NCBI GenBank assembly: GCA_000934665.2
Contig: JYFJ02002736.1
Location: forward strand, 1 to 51,937
DNA length: 51,937 bases
Direction of reading: 5' to 3'
From: Catajapyx aquilonaris
Lineage: Eukaryota
Each line of letters starts with the position of its first letter. Positions within the stretch are counted from its first letter, which is position 1. A program made the translations under genes and the position numbers. Shown piece after piece: positions 1 to 16,470 of the stretch. The notes beneath the pieces are model-generated. The model did no database searches. It saw nothing but the letters and a program-made list of their open reading frames with translations, and had not been told where the DNA came from.

Positions 1-51
1 TAGCTTGCATCTCCCTTCATCGCTGACTACCCCTCATAGGGAAATGTCGTG

Positions 52-98
52 ATGTTGTTGTTGTTGTTGTTGTATTATTATTATTATTATTATTATTG
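52..98. repeat. Compound trinucleotide microsatellite (TTG)n followed by (TTA)n
   Basis: Directly visible: tgttgttgttg...ttgtattattattatt... Confidence 0.9.
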
Positions 99-741
99 GG
101 TGGAATTTTCGTCCCACTGCTAATTACTGCTAACTTAGTAGTAGGCCTACCATTGTTGGCACCGTTGGCAAGTGAGACGAAAATGCCACCCAATATTATT
201 ATGTAGGGTAATATGGGCTATTTATGATTGGAATGTTGTGTTTGTACCTGTGTGTATGTGAGATAAGCTGCACCACCTGCATCATCACTAAACAACCCCT
301 CCCCCTCCCCTCCTATTGTTGCATGACAGATTGATTCTGTTTATTATGTAGATTTATGCAGATGTGCGTTGGAGCTATGCTGTTGTTTCCCCTGCACTCT
401 GATGGGTGTGGTAATCAATTTCAATATATTTCATACCATTTAGCATTGCGTATGAAGTTGTAATTTCGGTTAGTACATTACAACAACGCAGTCTGTTGGT
501 TTCATCTGCCTCGAACCAGTTTGGTAGGGCAATTCGATCGCAAGGTCCCCTGCCAAACCCTCCCCCACCCTCCCCCACCCCCCCCCCTCTCTCTCTCGGT
601 GAATCTACTACTACCCCACCCCCACCTAGGCTATGCTTAGGTCCAATGGGCCGGCCTGCCAGCATCCAAAAGTGGCCTCTATGACACAAGTAGTGTTGCG
701 CCCGGCTCATTCCAGGGCCCCCACCCTCCACACCCGGCGCC

Positions 742-749
742 TATATAAA
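742..749 (+). promoter_or_regulatory. TATA box of the microprotein gene
   Basis: TATATAAA in a GC-rich context about 110 nt upstream of ATG 856; Inr-like TCAGT at 792-796. Confidence 0.6.
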
Positions 750-855
750 CCCGGTATTGCGCGTGAAACCGGGCGTTTACACACCAGACACTCAGTGACA
801 ACACATCAATCGTTTTTCCCAAAGAAACCACTGTTGAAGCTTAAAATCAGCAACA

Positions 856-1130
856 ATGGCCGGAGGAAAGAAGGGTAAGTGCGTCGTGGCAAAAAAAAAA
901 TAAGTGTGCGGTGAATCCGGCCAGCTATAAGTGACCTTTTGACCTCAGGTGGCAAGAAGGAGGATAAGTCCCAGCAGCAGGGGGCCAGTGAGGCTGGTGC
1001 CGAGAAGCAGAAGGGTGGCAAAGGGGGAAAGAAGGAGGCTAAGAAAGGTTAGTAATTGTGCCCCCCCCCCTCCCATTTTGTGACTGCCAAATTTACTGAC
1101 ATTTACTGAATTTTTGCAGAGACCAAGTGA
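856..1130 (+). CDS. Spliced 42-aa Lys/Gly-rich microprotein, MAGGKKGGKKEDKSQQQGASEAGAEKQKGGKGGKKEAKKETK
   Basis: Exons 856-874, 949-1047, 1120-1130 total 129 nt = 43 codons. Donors GTAAGT and GTTAGT, acceptors CTCAG and TTTTTGCAG, branch-like TACTGAC in intron 2, good start context (caacaATGG), AATAAA near 1518. Missed by the ORF track. Confidence 0.75.
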
Positions 1131-1990
1131 TAAGAGGCGTCTCCTGGAGATGACCTTCAATCTCCAACACCCTATGGACATATAAGCATTTTTTTTCGTT
1201 TGATATATCCAAAAAAAAAAAAAAAGAAGGGGAGGGAGCACTATGTTCTCTCTATTTTGTTTTGTAATTGTCGACGCACTATTTCGAGGGGTGGGGTTGG
1301 GGTGGGTTGGGTGGGATCACTGTTAGTAATTCCAAAAATTTCTAGTCTCTGTTTGGATCGGCTCCGATGATGACGGACTGAAATGTGGGGTGGGTGGGGT
1401 TGGGGTGGGATGTGCAAAAAAAAAAAAAAAAAAGAAATATGGGTGTTGGCAAGAGCTGTACATATTTTGAGTGACGGAGTTTGTAACTAAAAAAAAATGT
1501 GAGGGGGAAAACCTCAAAATAAATGACATACGTGAACTTCTCGTATTTTGTGTACATTCCGGTAGTTTTTTTTCAGGTAGATGAGTTGAAAAGGATTTTT
1601 GGGGTGGGGCCCGGGACGCCCTCCCACTGCGTACCCTCCTACCCTCCCCCCCTGTATTTTTTCTGCACAAAAATAACGGGAGCCCCTGAATGAGCCAAGG
1701 AAGTAGAATCCCAGCGCAGAAACGCGCAGATCAATGGCGAACCGGTGCAAACTGAACTGCGATGTTAGGATTTTATAGACCAGGGTTGGAGGTATGAAAA
1801 TGGCGGATATGTCATTCGCGAAAATTACAGCACATTTTTTTTTAAATGGCTATTTATTGAGTGGCAAGGTTGACATTTTCAGATTGGGGTGGGGTAGAAA
1901 TCAATCGTTGCTGCCAATGTGAGCTGAAATGGATGATTTATTTAGATAAGGTTCGCCGCGTCGTAATTTGACATCGATTTATATGTTACA

Positions 1991-4900
1991 TCAATGTGGA
2001 GGATGGGGAGAGCATATTACTGTGATCCAGTTGTTGCAACATGGGCATTGGACAGACATGCGTTTGCTGTCCATTTCCGGCTTCATATGCTCGATTCTCC
2101 TGAGGGCAGAGGTCACCCTGGATCTCCAAATAGCCCTGGATCGCTGGGCACTTGCTAACCGCATTTCCAGATTGGCATGCGATTGGGTCAGACGAGACAC
2201 CATCCGGTACAGAAGCCGAATTCCGACCTTGGACCTGTAGCGTCTTGATGGGGACGCCATGCCTGTACCGGAATGTCATAAATCAGCACCTGATCAGCAC
2301 ACAGGATGTAATAACCGGAGCATGTGATATGTTGCAATTTAAACAAAAAAAAAAGATCGTTACACATTCGGAGTTTATCAAGAGAGCTGCCCTCAGGTCC
2401 CTGAAATCAACACCCGGCAGATTATTTCTGGATATTACTGGAGGGCTTTGCACCGATCCATAAGCTGGAAACCGCATACCGGAGATTGATTTTTTTGTTA
2501 AACGGTGTGTATACCTGCATTGTCGGCTGGTTCCTTCCTGGTCTCGACCGCTGCTGGAACATCCTGAATGTCTTTTAACGGATCAGGTACTTTCAGGGTC
2601 CATGTCTCCTCAGTGGTGGCTGTGCAAAAGAGGGGACATGTTTAGGGAGACAGAAATAACAAGACTTTCCTCTCTGGCTTGGTCCCAAAAAGTACCGAAA
2701 AAAAGAGTAATGGGTAGAATTTTCAAGCGGCCAACAACCGGAGTCAAGGTGCGAAGTTTTTAGGAGCAGAGCCAAGGTTCGGGGTCAAGTGAAATTTTAG
2801 GGTGTCCATTCATCACAGGGGGCGCAATCACCTGATGGGTCTTGGACTGTTGGAGACATAGGCTCCTCCTTGATGTCAACCTCTTCGTCCAAGTCGTTCG
2901 CACTGCTGGTTTCAACCTCGACTGGCGAATCAGGCTCTTCGAAAACTGGCGAAACTGAAAATTTTAAAAAAAGGGCGATTTAATAATGAGAATTTATTCT
3001 CCCCATTGATCACAGAAGCACTCATAATCAAAACGCGAGCGCTCACCTGAAAGAGTCTGCGTGAATGCTCAATTAATTCCCAGAAAATAAACCGAAACAA
3101 CATTGGCTTAATAGGTTTAGGTCCTGGAAACTTTCAGGCAACTGCTAATCCCATTTATTATCGGTATATATACGGCTTCAAAGCCATTTTGGAACACTTA
3201 TCTTTACCGGTTATATGCTGTTGACAGGTGGAAGCGATGAAGGAAGGTAAAGGTGCGATAATGTTCACATTCTCATCAATACGGGGATAAGGGCACACCC
3301 AGAGTAAACTATTTATTGCTTTTTGAAGTAATTCATTTTGACAAAGGTTTCTGATTTTCTGAGGCGCATATACATTGGATGCTTGAGTATAAAGGCTCTC
3401 AGCCTTTCCTCTTTCCTGGTTGAATTTGTGCAGAACATTGGCATTTCCGAGCATACATTTGTATGCCATGACACGCAATTCATCCCGTGTTGGGACAAAA
3501 CCCTTCAGATTCCAATTTCTGGATGTGACGCACGAGTTGACCCCTTCGTTCTCTCTTCCTCCATCAGACTTCCTACAGGATTAATTTAAGTGAATCATAA
3601 TAAGTGATAGGAGAGTCGCAAATTAGGAAACTGCTCACATAATAGTCATCTGAACATATCACCGTATGATCTTAAAAGTGACGCCTACATTTTTAATGAG
3701 ATTTGAAATTATTCCACAAGGGGGGAAAAAAGCACGTACTCTGTAATTAATGTAATTAGTGTAGTCGGTAATGCATTAATGGTCTTACTCCACCAGACGC
3801 ATTGTAGCTCAGGCTATGAATAGTTCAGGTTCAATTTCGTCACATGAGAGACCGTACATCCATTATGCATTACTCTTCCCTGTGCAAGCTCGTATAAACC
3901 TTTTTAGGAAGCGTTGTTCCATTTTCTTCTTTTTTTTAAAAAATAATTTGCACCTAGATCTATACAGTACAACGGCCTCTTTAATAATACAAGACCCGGA
4001 ACTTCACACAGTACCAAGCTACATAATTTCGTCGTATAAAGGGCAAGTACGCATTACAATCTCCGGTCAATACGAGTTATGGATTTTACTCCAAACGACC
4101 TGATTGTTGCTTCTTCTTGGCGCAAATATTTGCACTGTGTGACTTGGGCAGTGCACCACCCTGTGTATGTCTAGGGTCGATTTTCCCTGCCGAGTAAATT
4201 CGTCCAAATATAGCACTGCAGCAAGAGAGAACTGCGCGGCATATATCACCCTAAGATTTTCCATCCGATCGTTATCAGGTGCTGATACACTTCTTAGAGC
4301 AATGAACCGAGAGATTACGCCTTTTTTTTCCAGTTGAAGCTGAAGCTTAAATATTCCAAGGTAGCCATGAAGCCTATTGTGTCCCAGCAGTGTGCTGTAT
4401 ATATACAGCTTATCCTGATATTCCAAGGTCTCCGCGTGGCTACAATGACCTCTTAACAAGCATGCGAAACAAGCGTACTTGGGCTCGACTATTTTTACAC
4501 CCATGATTGCGCTTCCGCTTTGCCGGCTTAGCAAGCCTTTACGACTATTGCTAGACAGTATGTACAGTTAGGCCTATGGATAGGAGCCAAAATATTAGGA
4601 CCAAGTGGAATCAAGATAGGCGGGGGGAGGCTGCAGGGCTTTTGAACTAGTTTGTTTGAAGGTGTCACATTTGATATAAATAGAGTACAGAGTACAGCAC
4701 ACTGTACAGGCGTTTTGCCAAGTGATTTGTTCGCAATAGTATCCGGAGTAGGCACTGGAGGCGGTGAGGCGGCTCAGTTGTGCGACATCTATTGGAAAGG
4801 GACGTGACTACCCTCGTTTTGCTATGTACTTAATAAACATGCATATTTAGTGCCAAAAAGCATACCATCCTCTCTATTCTTTTTGCCTTCGACTCGGTGT

Positions 4901-5223
4901 ATGATGTGGTAGTATGACCCCACTTTTCCCATGATTCCGGTACGTCTTGCTTGCCTGTACTTGCAGAGGAGGTTCTTGATTCGGATCCGACACTGTTTGG
5001 CTATGACCACGAACCCAAGACGGGTCATCTTGTCCGCTATTCCTTCCCAGACATTGCAGTTTCTGTAGGAGCTGTGCAGTTCGGACTGGAAAGCAGGTTC
5101 GGACCATAGGTTCAGGAGGACACGTGTGGCTTCCAGGCTCCAGACGTACTTTTGGTACATGCCGGACAGGGCTGGAGATGGAAGGGGTGAGACACACACA
5201 ACTTGGGGTGTCGGTTCCATCAT
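1991..5223 (-). CDS. Myb/SANT-like (Myb_DNA-bind_4 / MSANTD-type) DNA-binding protein, about 285 aa
   Basis: Exons 5223-4866, 2954-2832, 2619-2515, 2262-1991, all joined in phase 1 at GT-AG (858 nt). Exon 1 has the W..E.T..LL..W / VWE.IA..M / QCR.RIKNL..Y trihelix pattern, exon 2 an acidic IKEEP segment, and the last exon a helical stretch and CPCC. Minus-strand AATAAA near 1855. Extra exons in the 1.9-kb intron cannot be excluded. Confidence 0.75.
3313..3570 (-). mobile_element. Degenerate pogo/Tigger-like (CENP-B-type HTH) transposase remnant in the Myb gene intron
   Basis: GFVPTRDELRVMAYKCMLGNANVLHKFNQERGKA, then after a frameshift EERLRAFILKHPMYMRLRKSE; resembles the HTH_CENPB pattern GF..T...LR..AY....N...H.FN.E...AG..WL..FL.RHP.L.LRK.E. 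Confidence 0.6.
4019..4132 (-). pseudogene. Internally deleted second Myb/SANT-like fragment
   Basis: QIFAPRRSNNQVVWSKIHNSY*PEIVMRTCPLYDEIM*; the RR.N..VW.KI and TCP.YDE motifs are typical of this domain family. Confidence 0.4.
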
Positions 5224-6091
5224 GTCAATCTGGAAGCGAGTGTCAATATGTAGCAATTTTTTAAAAAAAATCTAAACACCCTGTACAAATGCTTGCGGCT
5301 ACCATATCGAAAATTATGTGACGTCACCTGCGTAGTAAAGCATGAAGTACTCTCATGCTCCAACCGCAAATCCTCGATGTACGTCATTATCTTCGTTACT
5401 ACGCAGACCTCGCGATAAAACACATGTAGACACGACATTCACTGGTAGTAAACCTAATCGCAAACCAATCTTGCTACTAATGCTTCCTAGCTACAGTATG
5501 ACGGACTTTGCTCTTTGTACCAGCGTATGATGACATGCTCACCTGATATTGTCTATTTTCTCAATTTTCGTGTCCTGTCCCACCGACCGTTGTCTACTGA
5601 TTGGAGATGCCAAATTTGAGGATCAAAATTTAATCCGGTTCTGCCAGAGCTCCGATGCCAAGTCCGGCAACTCTGGGGGGCTTTGACTCGGCTTAGCCCA
5701 GCTTCGATCCTCTTCGATTCACATGCGCTCACAACCCAAATTACTGGTTCATGCGCCGAGAATGAAAAGGACCCGGTTATTCCGGGCCACTAACATCTAC
5801 AGAACGATCCAAAAGAGTGGTCAGATTTCTGCGGAATCTAAGAATTTTTTTCCCCTCTATGAAGTTAAATGTATTAATGGGCATGTAGGTAATTGAAGAA
5901 TGGGACCAAACCATATCGAAGAATCACTGGGGTAATATCTGTTCAGAGGTACAGTAATATTTCCTAGTTAGGAATAAATGAGCCGCATGTCTGCTGAAAT
6001 TTTGTATAATAATCCGAACAGAAAAGTAAGTCTGACAGTAGGTAAACTTTATTTTCACATGTACGAGATTTAATAATATTTATCTAACAAT

Positions 6092-6903
6092 TCAACCAAA
6101 GGTCCTCTGAGGTCGTGGACCAGGAAAGTGGTCCCATTTTGGTGGCCTGCGTGGGTCAAACAGCTCCCTCCTCTTTCTCTCATCTTGTTGCGGTTGTTGC
6201 TGTTGGGGCTGCTGTTGTTGACCTGCATTGAACTTGGTGGCAATTTGATCCCATGACAGGAAGAAGATGCGATCCGGAAGACGATCTGGTGTTGTGGATT
6301 GTGGCTGTGATGGTGGGGGTGGTGCCTGTCGTCGGGTCTTTGATGACATGGACCAGGAGGACACCCTCATCACGTTCGACAGTGACCCAAGCTGCTCAGT
6401 GTTGAACCCTTCCCACGGAAGCACATTGGTCTCATCAGAGGTCAGCGAGGTCGGGGTCAGCTGAAGAAACCATTTCTCCATAGACGGGCTCCAGCGCAGT
6501 GGAAACCTCTCTTGGTTCCTGCAGCACACATAGTTGAAAGTGTTGGGCGTCCTTCCGCATTGGAACGGATCAGTCTGGAGGTCAAAATGCATTGTTAAAT
6601 ATGGGGCTATATGTCAAACAGGTCAAAATTACTTACGCTCAATTCTGCATCAAACACAGTGTCTTTAGTGACACAGAAGGAAAGAGGGGCGCAGAAGGTA
6701 GGTCGAGGACAAGCTATTTTTCCGGTGTCGGTCGAGGTGACAACCGTGGGCGGGATTGATGTCGGGGCTGTCGAAGACGATGCCAGAGGAGTCGTCTGGG
6801 TTACATTCTCCGACTGGGCCTGTCTTGGGTACCGATGCACGATGTATCCAGACGCTTCCGGACCACACACCACCAACCCCAGTAAGCACACCAGCAGCAA
6901 CAT
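6092..6903 (-). CDS. Secreted CLIP-domain protein without a serine-protease domain; propeptide-like precursor, 249 aa
   Basis: Exons 6903-6637 and 6574-6092, with a 62-nt GTAAGT..CAG phase-0 intron. Signal peptide MLLLVCLLGLVVC, Thr/Ser/Pro linker, six-Cys CPRPTFCAPLSFC...FQCG...YVCC, KTRR and RKRR sites. TATATAAA at 6959-6952, AATAAA at 6053-6048. Confidence 0.8.
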
Positions 6904-7372
6904 CCTTGGTCCTCAGATTCAAACAGGGGCAGATCAGACCAAAATCGTGCCTTTATATACTCTCAGGACAGGACCACGTGACTTATCAAAAAATACATAT
7001 GGCCCATTCGACATACACGCTGTAAATCTGGGCATTTATCTAAGGCTGGGATCCACGCCCGTAGCATAAGTGAAACAAGTCAGATGCAATGAAAAATAAT
7101 GAGAGGTCCGGTTGTGTTGTACGGTGGTGGTGCCAGAACCGTCTCACCACATCCGTTGCATAACCGCATCTTTCTTTCCTACCCCGATTTATTTCCAGGA
7201 GGGTGGGTGGACCTGCTTTGCCGGTACAGTACAGCCGCGGTTTTTTTCAGTCTGGGGAGGACCGAGCATGGTGACGCACGCTTCGGACATAAAAGAGAAG
7301 GATTTGCTCGAGGAGTCTTGCTGCGTTGATTCATAACTGAGAGGAGAGTGCGTGCGTGGGTGTGTGAATCAC

Positions 7373-7444
7373 TCAGTCGCTGCCAGGATATTCCCGCGGT
7401 CGGTCTCTGCACAGTCTGCTGTCCGTTACTGCAAGTCTGGACAG
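7373..7444 (+). other. Candidate non-coding first exon (possibly a distal p38 start)
   Basis: Inr-like TCAGT at 7373, strong donor CAG|GTATGT at 7445, upstream AP-1-like TGATTCA and TGAATCA. Confidence 0.35.
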
Positions 7445-8712
7445 GTATGTTCACTCATTTGGTCAAATAGTAGGTTGCTGGAGAGAACAATTCAATATTC
7501 CGTCCATTACTGGCTGCATGTTACATGTACGCAGATCGCAATGTTAAGTGTTCAATTGAAATTAGCCTTTTACAGTAATTGGCAAGCTACGTGCAACACA
7601 ATATAATACAAGTGGATAAAATCCATATCGAGATGTGCGTTTTTCTCTCTCTTGGAAACCGGGAAGCACCTGCGACTTCCCTGAATAAGGAACGTTCTGG
7701 GCGGTTCTGGAGAGTTTCAAGTACCTGATGTAAACATAAACAGACGTGTGTACATGCCATGTACTTGTATGATTGGGTGTGAGATCATACGTTCAGTTCG
7801 GGCAGTGTGTGTATTTGTTATTATTGACATTGCGCGTGTACACATAATGCAGCTTTGTATGAAGGAAGTGAACGACCCTTTGTACAGTACAGTGCAAGTG
7901 TATATGAAGGGGGCCAACACCTATTTTTGGCGTTCAAAGCACGGAAAATGTGTCGCAATATCATTTTCTCGTACAGTACATATATTTTTGTGTGGTGGGA
8001 GTAGCTGTGATTCACATCTACATATACCGGTAGCCTTTACCGTTACACAATCTCAAGATCTAAATAGGCCTACTACATCCGTACATGAGACATGTGTTAC
8101 AAAATGCAAAAGTTTATTCGTGGGATCTGTAATAAATTTACACTATAATATCTGCACACATATGTTGTGTTAGTATTGCAAATAGTAATGAACTTTTTAC
8201 GAGACCAGCTATGCCAGCTAAAATGTCTGGACGCAATTAAAATTTTACTTCTCGTTAAACTGTGGTTGCTGGAGTAAACAACTCGGAATAATTTCTTCCT
8301 CGTTGAACTGGGGGTAATACCACCAGCCATGTGTACCGATAATTTGTCTAAGGCCTAACCATGCTGCTGCGAGTAGGTTATTGCACAGTACTTGACACAC
8401 TTCGATCATTAGCCTGTAATATCGCGAGTGTTATTGATAAGACAAACATTGACGTAAGGCTTTGTAACTCCTCCCCATCTCCCACACATGGGGAGAACCA
8501 TACTGCATTTTTCCAAGGGAAGTTTACAGAGGTTTTCCATGCAATTTGCAGGGCGTATTTTTAGAATCTTGCTGGCGTATTTTATAGCGTCTAATGCACG
8601 TGATAATATGATTTCATGTCCGCACACCTGCTGAGTAATCATCAGTGGGGCAGGAAATGCAGTACAAAGACACCATCATTGGGTATCCATATATCCTTCA
8701 GTCACACACGCT

Positions 8713-8950
8713 GAGAAATCCCGAACGAATATGTACCACGCAATTACAGGGGGATTTTTGAGCGAATCCAACAAGAAAACCCCCAGATTAAACGCAAAGG
8801 GATTGAATAGAATCAGACCAAAGATAAACAAAAAAAGGCGGAAAATCCATGAGAGGGAAAGCTTTAAATTTTAATGACAAATAAATCCATGGTGTTCATC
8901 AAGCATCATTCCCGCGATAAGCCCTGAAAACCTCGCGTAATCCCAGATAA
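8713..8950. promoter_or_regulatory. Cluster of kappaB-like and GATA motifs (candidate immune enhancer)
   Basis: GAGAAATCCC 8713, GGGGGATTTTT 8749, GAAAACCCCC 8775, GGAAAATCC 8840, GGGAAAGCTT 8855; AGATAA 8822 and 8945, CGATAAG 8915. Confidence 0.45.
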
Positions 8951-9106
8951 ACAGCAGACACAATTCCTATGTACGAATGAGCCCAATCCTCCCATTGATG
9001 CTGTAGCCGCAATAATATAATGCCACAAAATCTGTCATCGGCGAGTCATCAGTATAGCGGGGAAGATGCGCCATCCAAATGAGAGATACGGTACTACGTC
9101 CACACC

Positions 9107-9985
9107 CCCTTGGGAGTGGGCAGTGTTGCATAATTTTAACAATTAGTTCACTCTCGTATAATACAATCATTTATTTCAAAACGCACCGCTTCCCTGACCG
9201 CCAATTTCATTTACCGCCAACACATTTTTCCTTTACCGCCAACACACATTTTCCTTTACCGCCAAAACGTAGTACGATAATCTACTACCAGTTGGCGTCT
9301 CTTTGCACACTCCTGTCACTCTCAGGGCACGGAGCATATTATACTACATAAGAGGCGCAAACATTCGATTTCCGCGTCTCTCTGTTTGGGGCGTTGCCAA
9401 GGCTGGCGGCCATTTTGAAGTGTGGGCAACGCCAACGAGGTATAAATAGGGTGCAGGCAAAAATAGGGTCCGCCATCTTTGATTCGCGCGTGTTCTTGCC
9501 GTGTAGTTGCCATGGCCGCCAAAACCATCAAAGATGGCGGACCCTATTTTTGCCTGTACCCTATTTTATACCTCGTCGTTGGCGTTGCCCACACTTCAAA
9601 ATGGCCGCCAGCCTTGGCAACGGCCCCAAACAGAGAGACGCGGACATCAAAGGCGCCGACAGAAGTTTGCGCCTCTTATGTAGTATATGCTCCCTGCCCT
9701 TGGAGTGGGCAGTGTTGCATAATTTTAACAATTAGTTCACTCGCGTGTAATACAAGCATTTATTTAAAACGCACCGCCTCCCTGACCGCCAATTTCATTT
9801 ACCGCCAACACACGTTCTTCCTTTACCGCCAAAAGGCCCGCCCACCAATTTCATTTACCGCCAACACACATTATTTTCCTTTACCGCCAAAAGTCCTGAA
9901 CGCCAATTTCCTTTACCGCCAAAACGTAGTACGATAATCTACTACCAGTTGGCGTCTCTTTCCACACTCCTGTCACTCTCAGGGC
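9107..9985. repeat. Composite repeat: direct repeat A (9107-9328), long palindrome (9324-9700), direct repeat A' (9697-9985); probably derived from non-autonomous DNA transposons
   Basis: A and A' align end to end and differ mainly in copy number of TTTACCGCCAA (3 versus 5). Palindrome arms 9324-9483 and 9527-9700 are near-perfect reverse complements around a 43-nt spacer. Confidence 0.9.
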
Positions 9986-10251
9986 GAAAGTTGCACGTTG
10001 GTGATGACTGATGAGTCACATCGCGGACAAAGTCCACCAGGGGTATGCGATTTTTCAAATTATTATTAATTTGTTTTTTTAATTTCCAAAAAATTTTTGC
10101 AGGTATCCTTGAGTGTGCAGTGCCGCACTTTGTCCCCGGTTAGGAACAAGGCAAAAAGTAGGAGATAACCCGCCGCATCATCCCCCTCGGCCATTCCACA
10201 CCTCCACCACAGTTTGGAACGCCCACGGATCTGTGTGGCTGCGTAGTTCGG

Positions 10252-16470
<6,219 letters not shown>

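Noticed and set aside
375..731. 118-aa Gly-rich and overlapping Pro-rich ORFs
   Set aside because: They arise from C-run low-complexity promoter DNA; no domain or splice support
9190..9925. TTTACCGCCAA arrays as a CRISPR-like locus
   Set aside because: Repeats are only 11 nt, spacers are short and similar to one another, there are no cas genes, and the context is eukaryotic
9322..9937. ORFs of 69-152 aa across the palindrome
   Set aside because: The same peptides appear on both strands because of the inverted repeat; not coding-like
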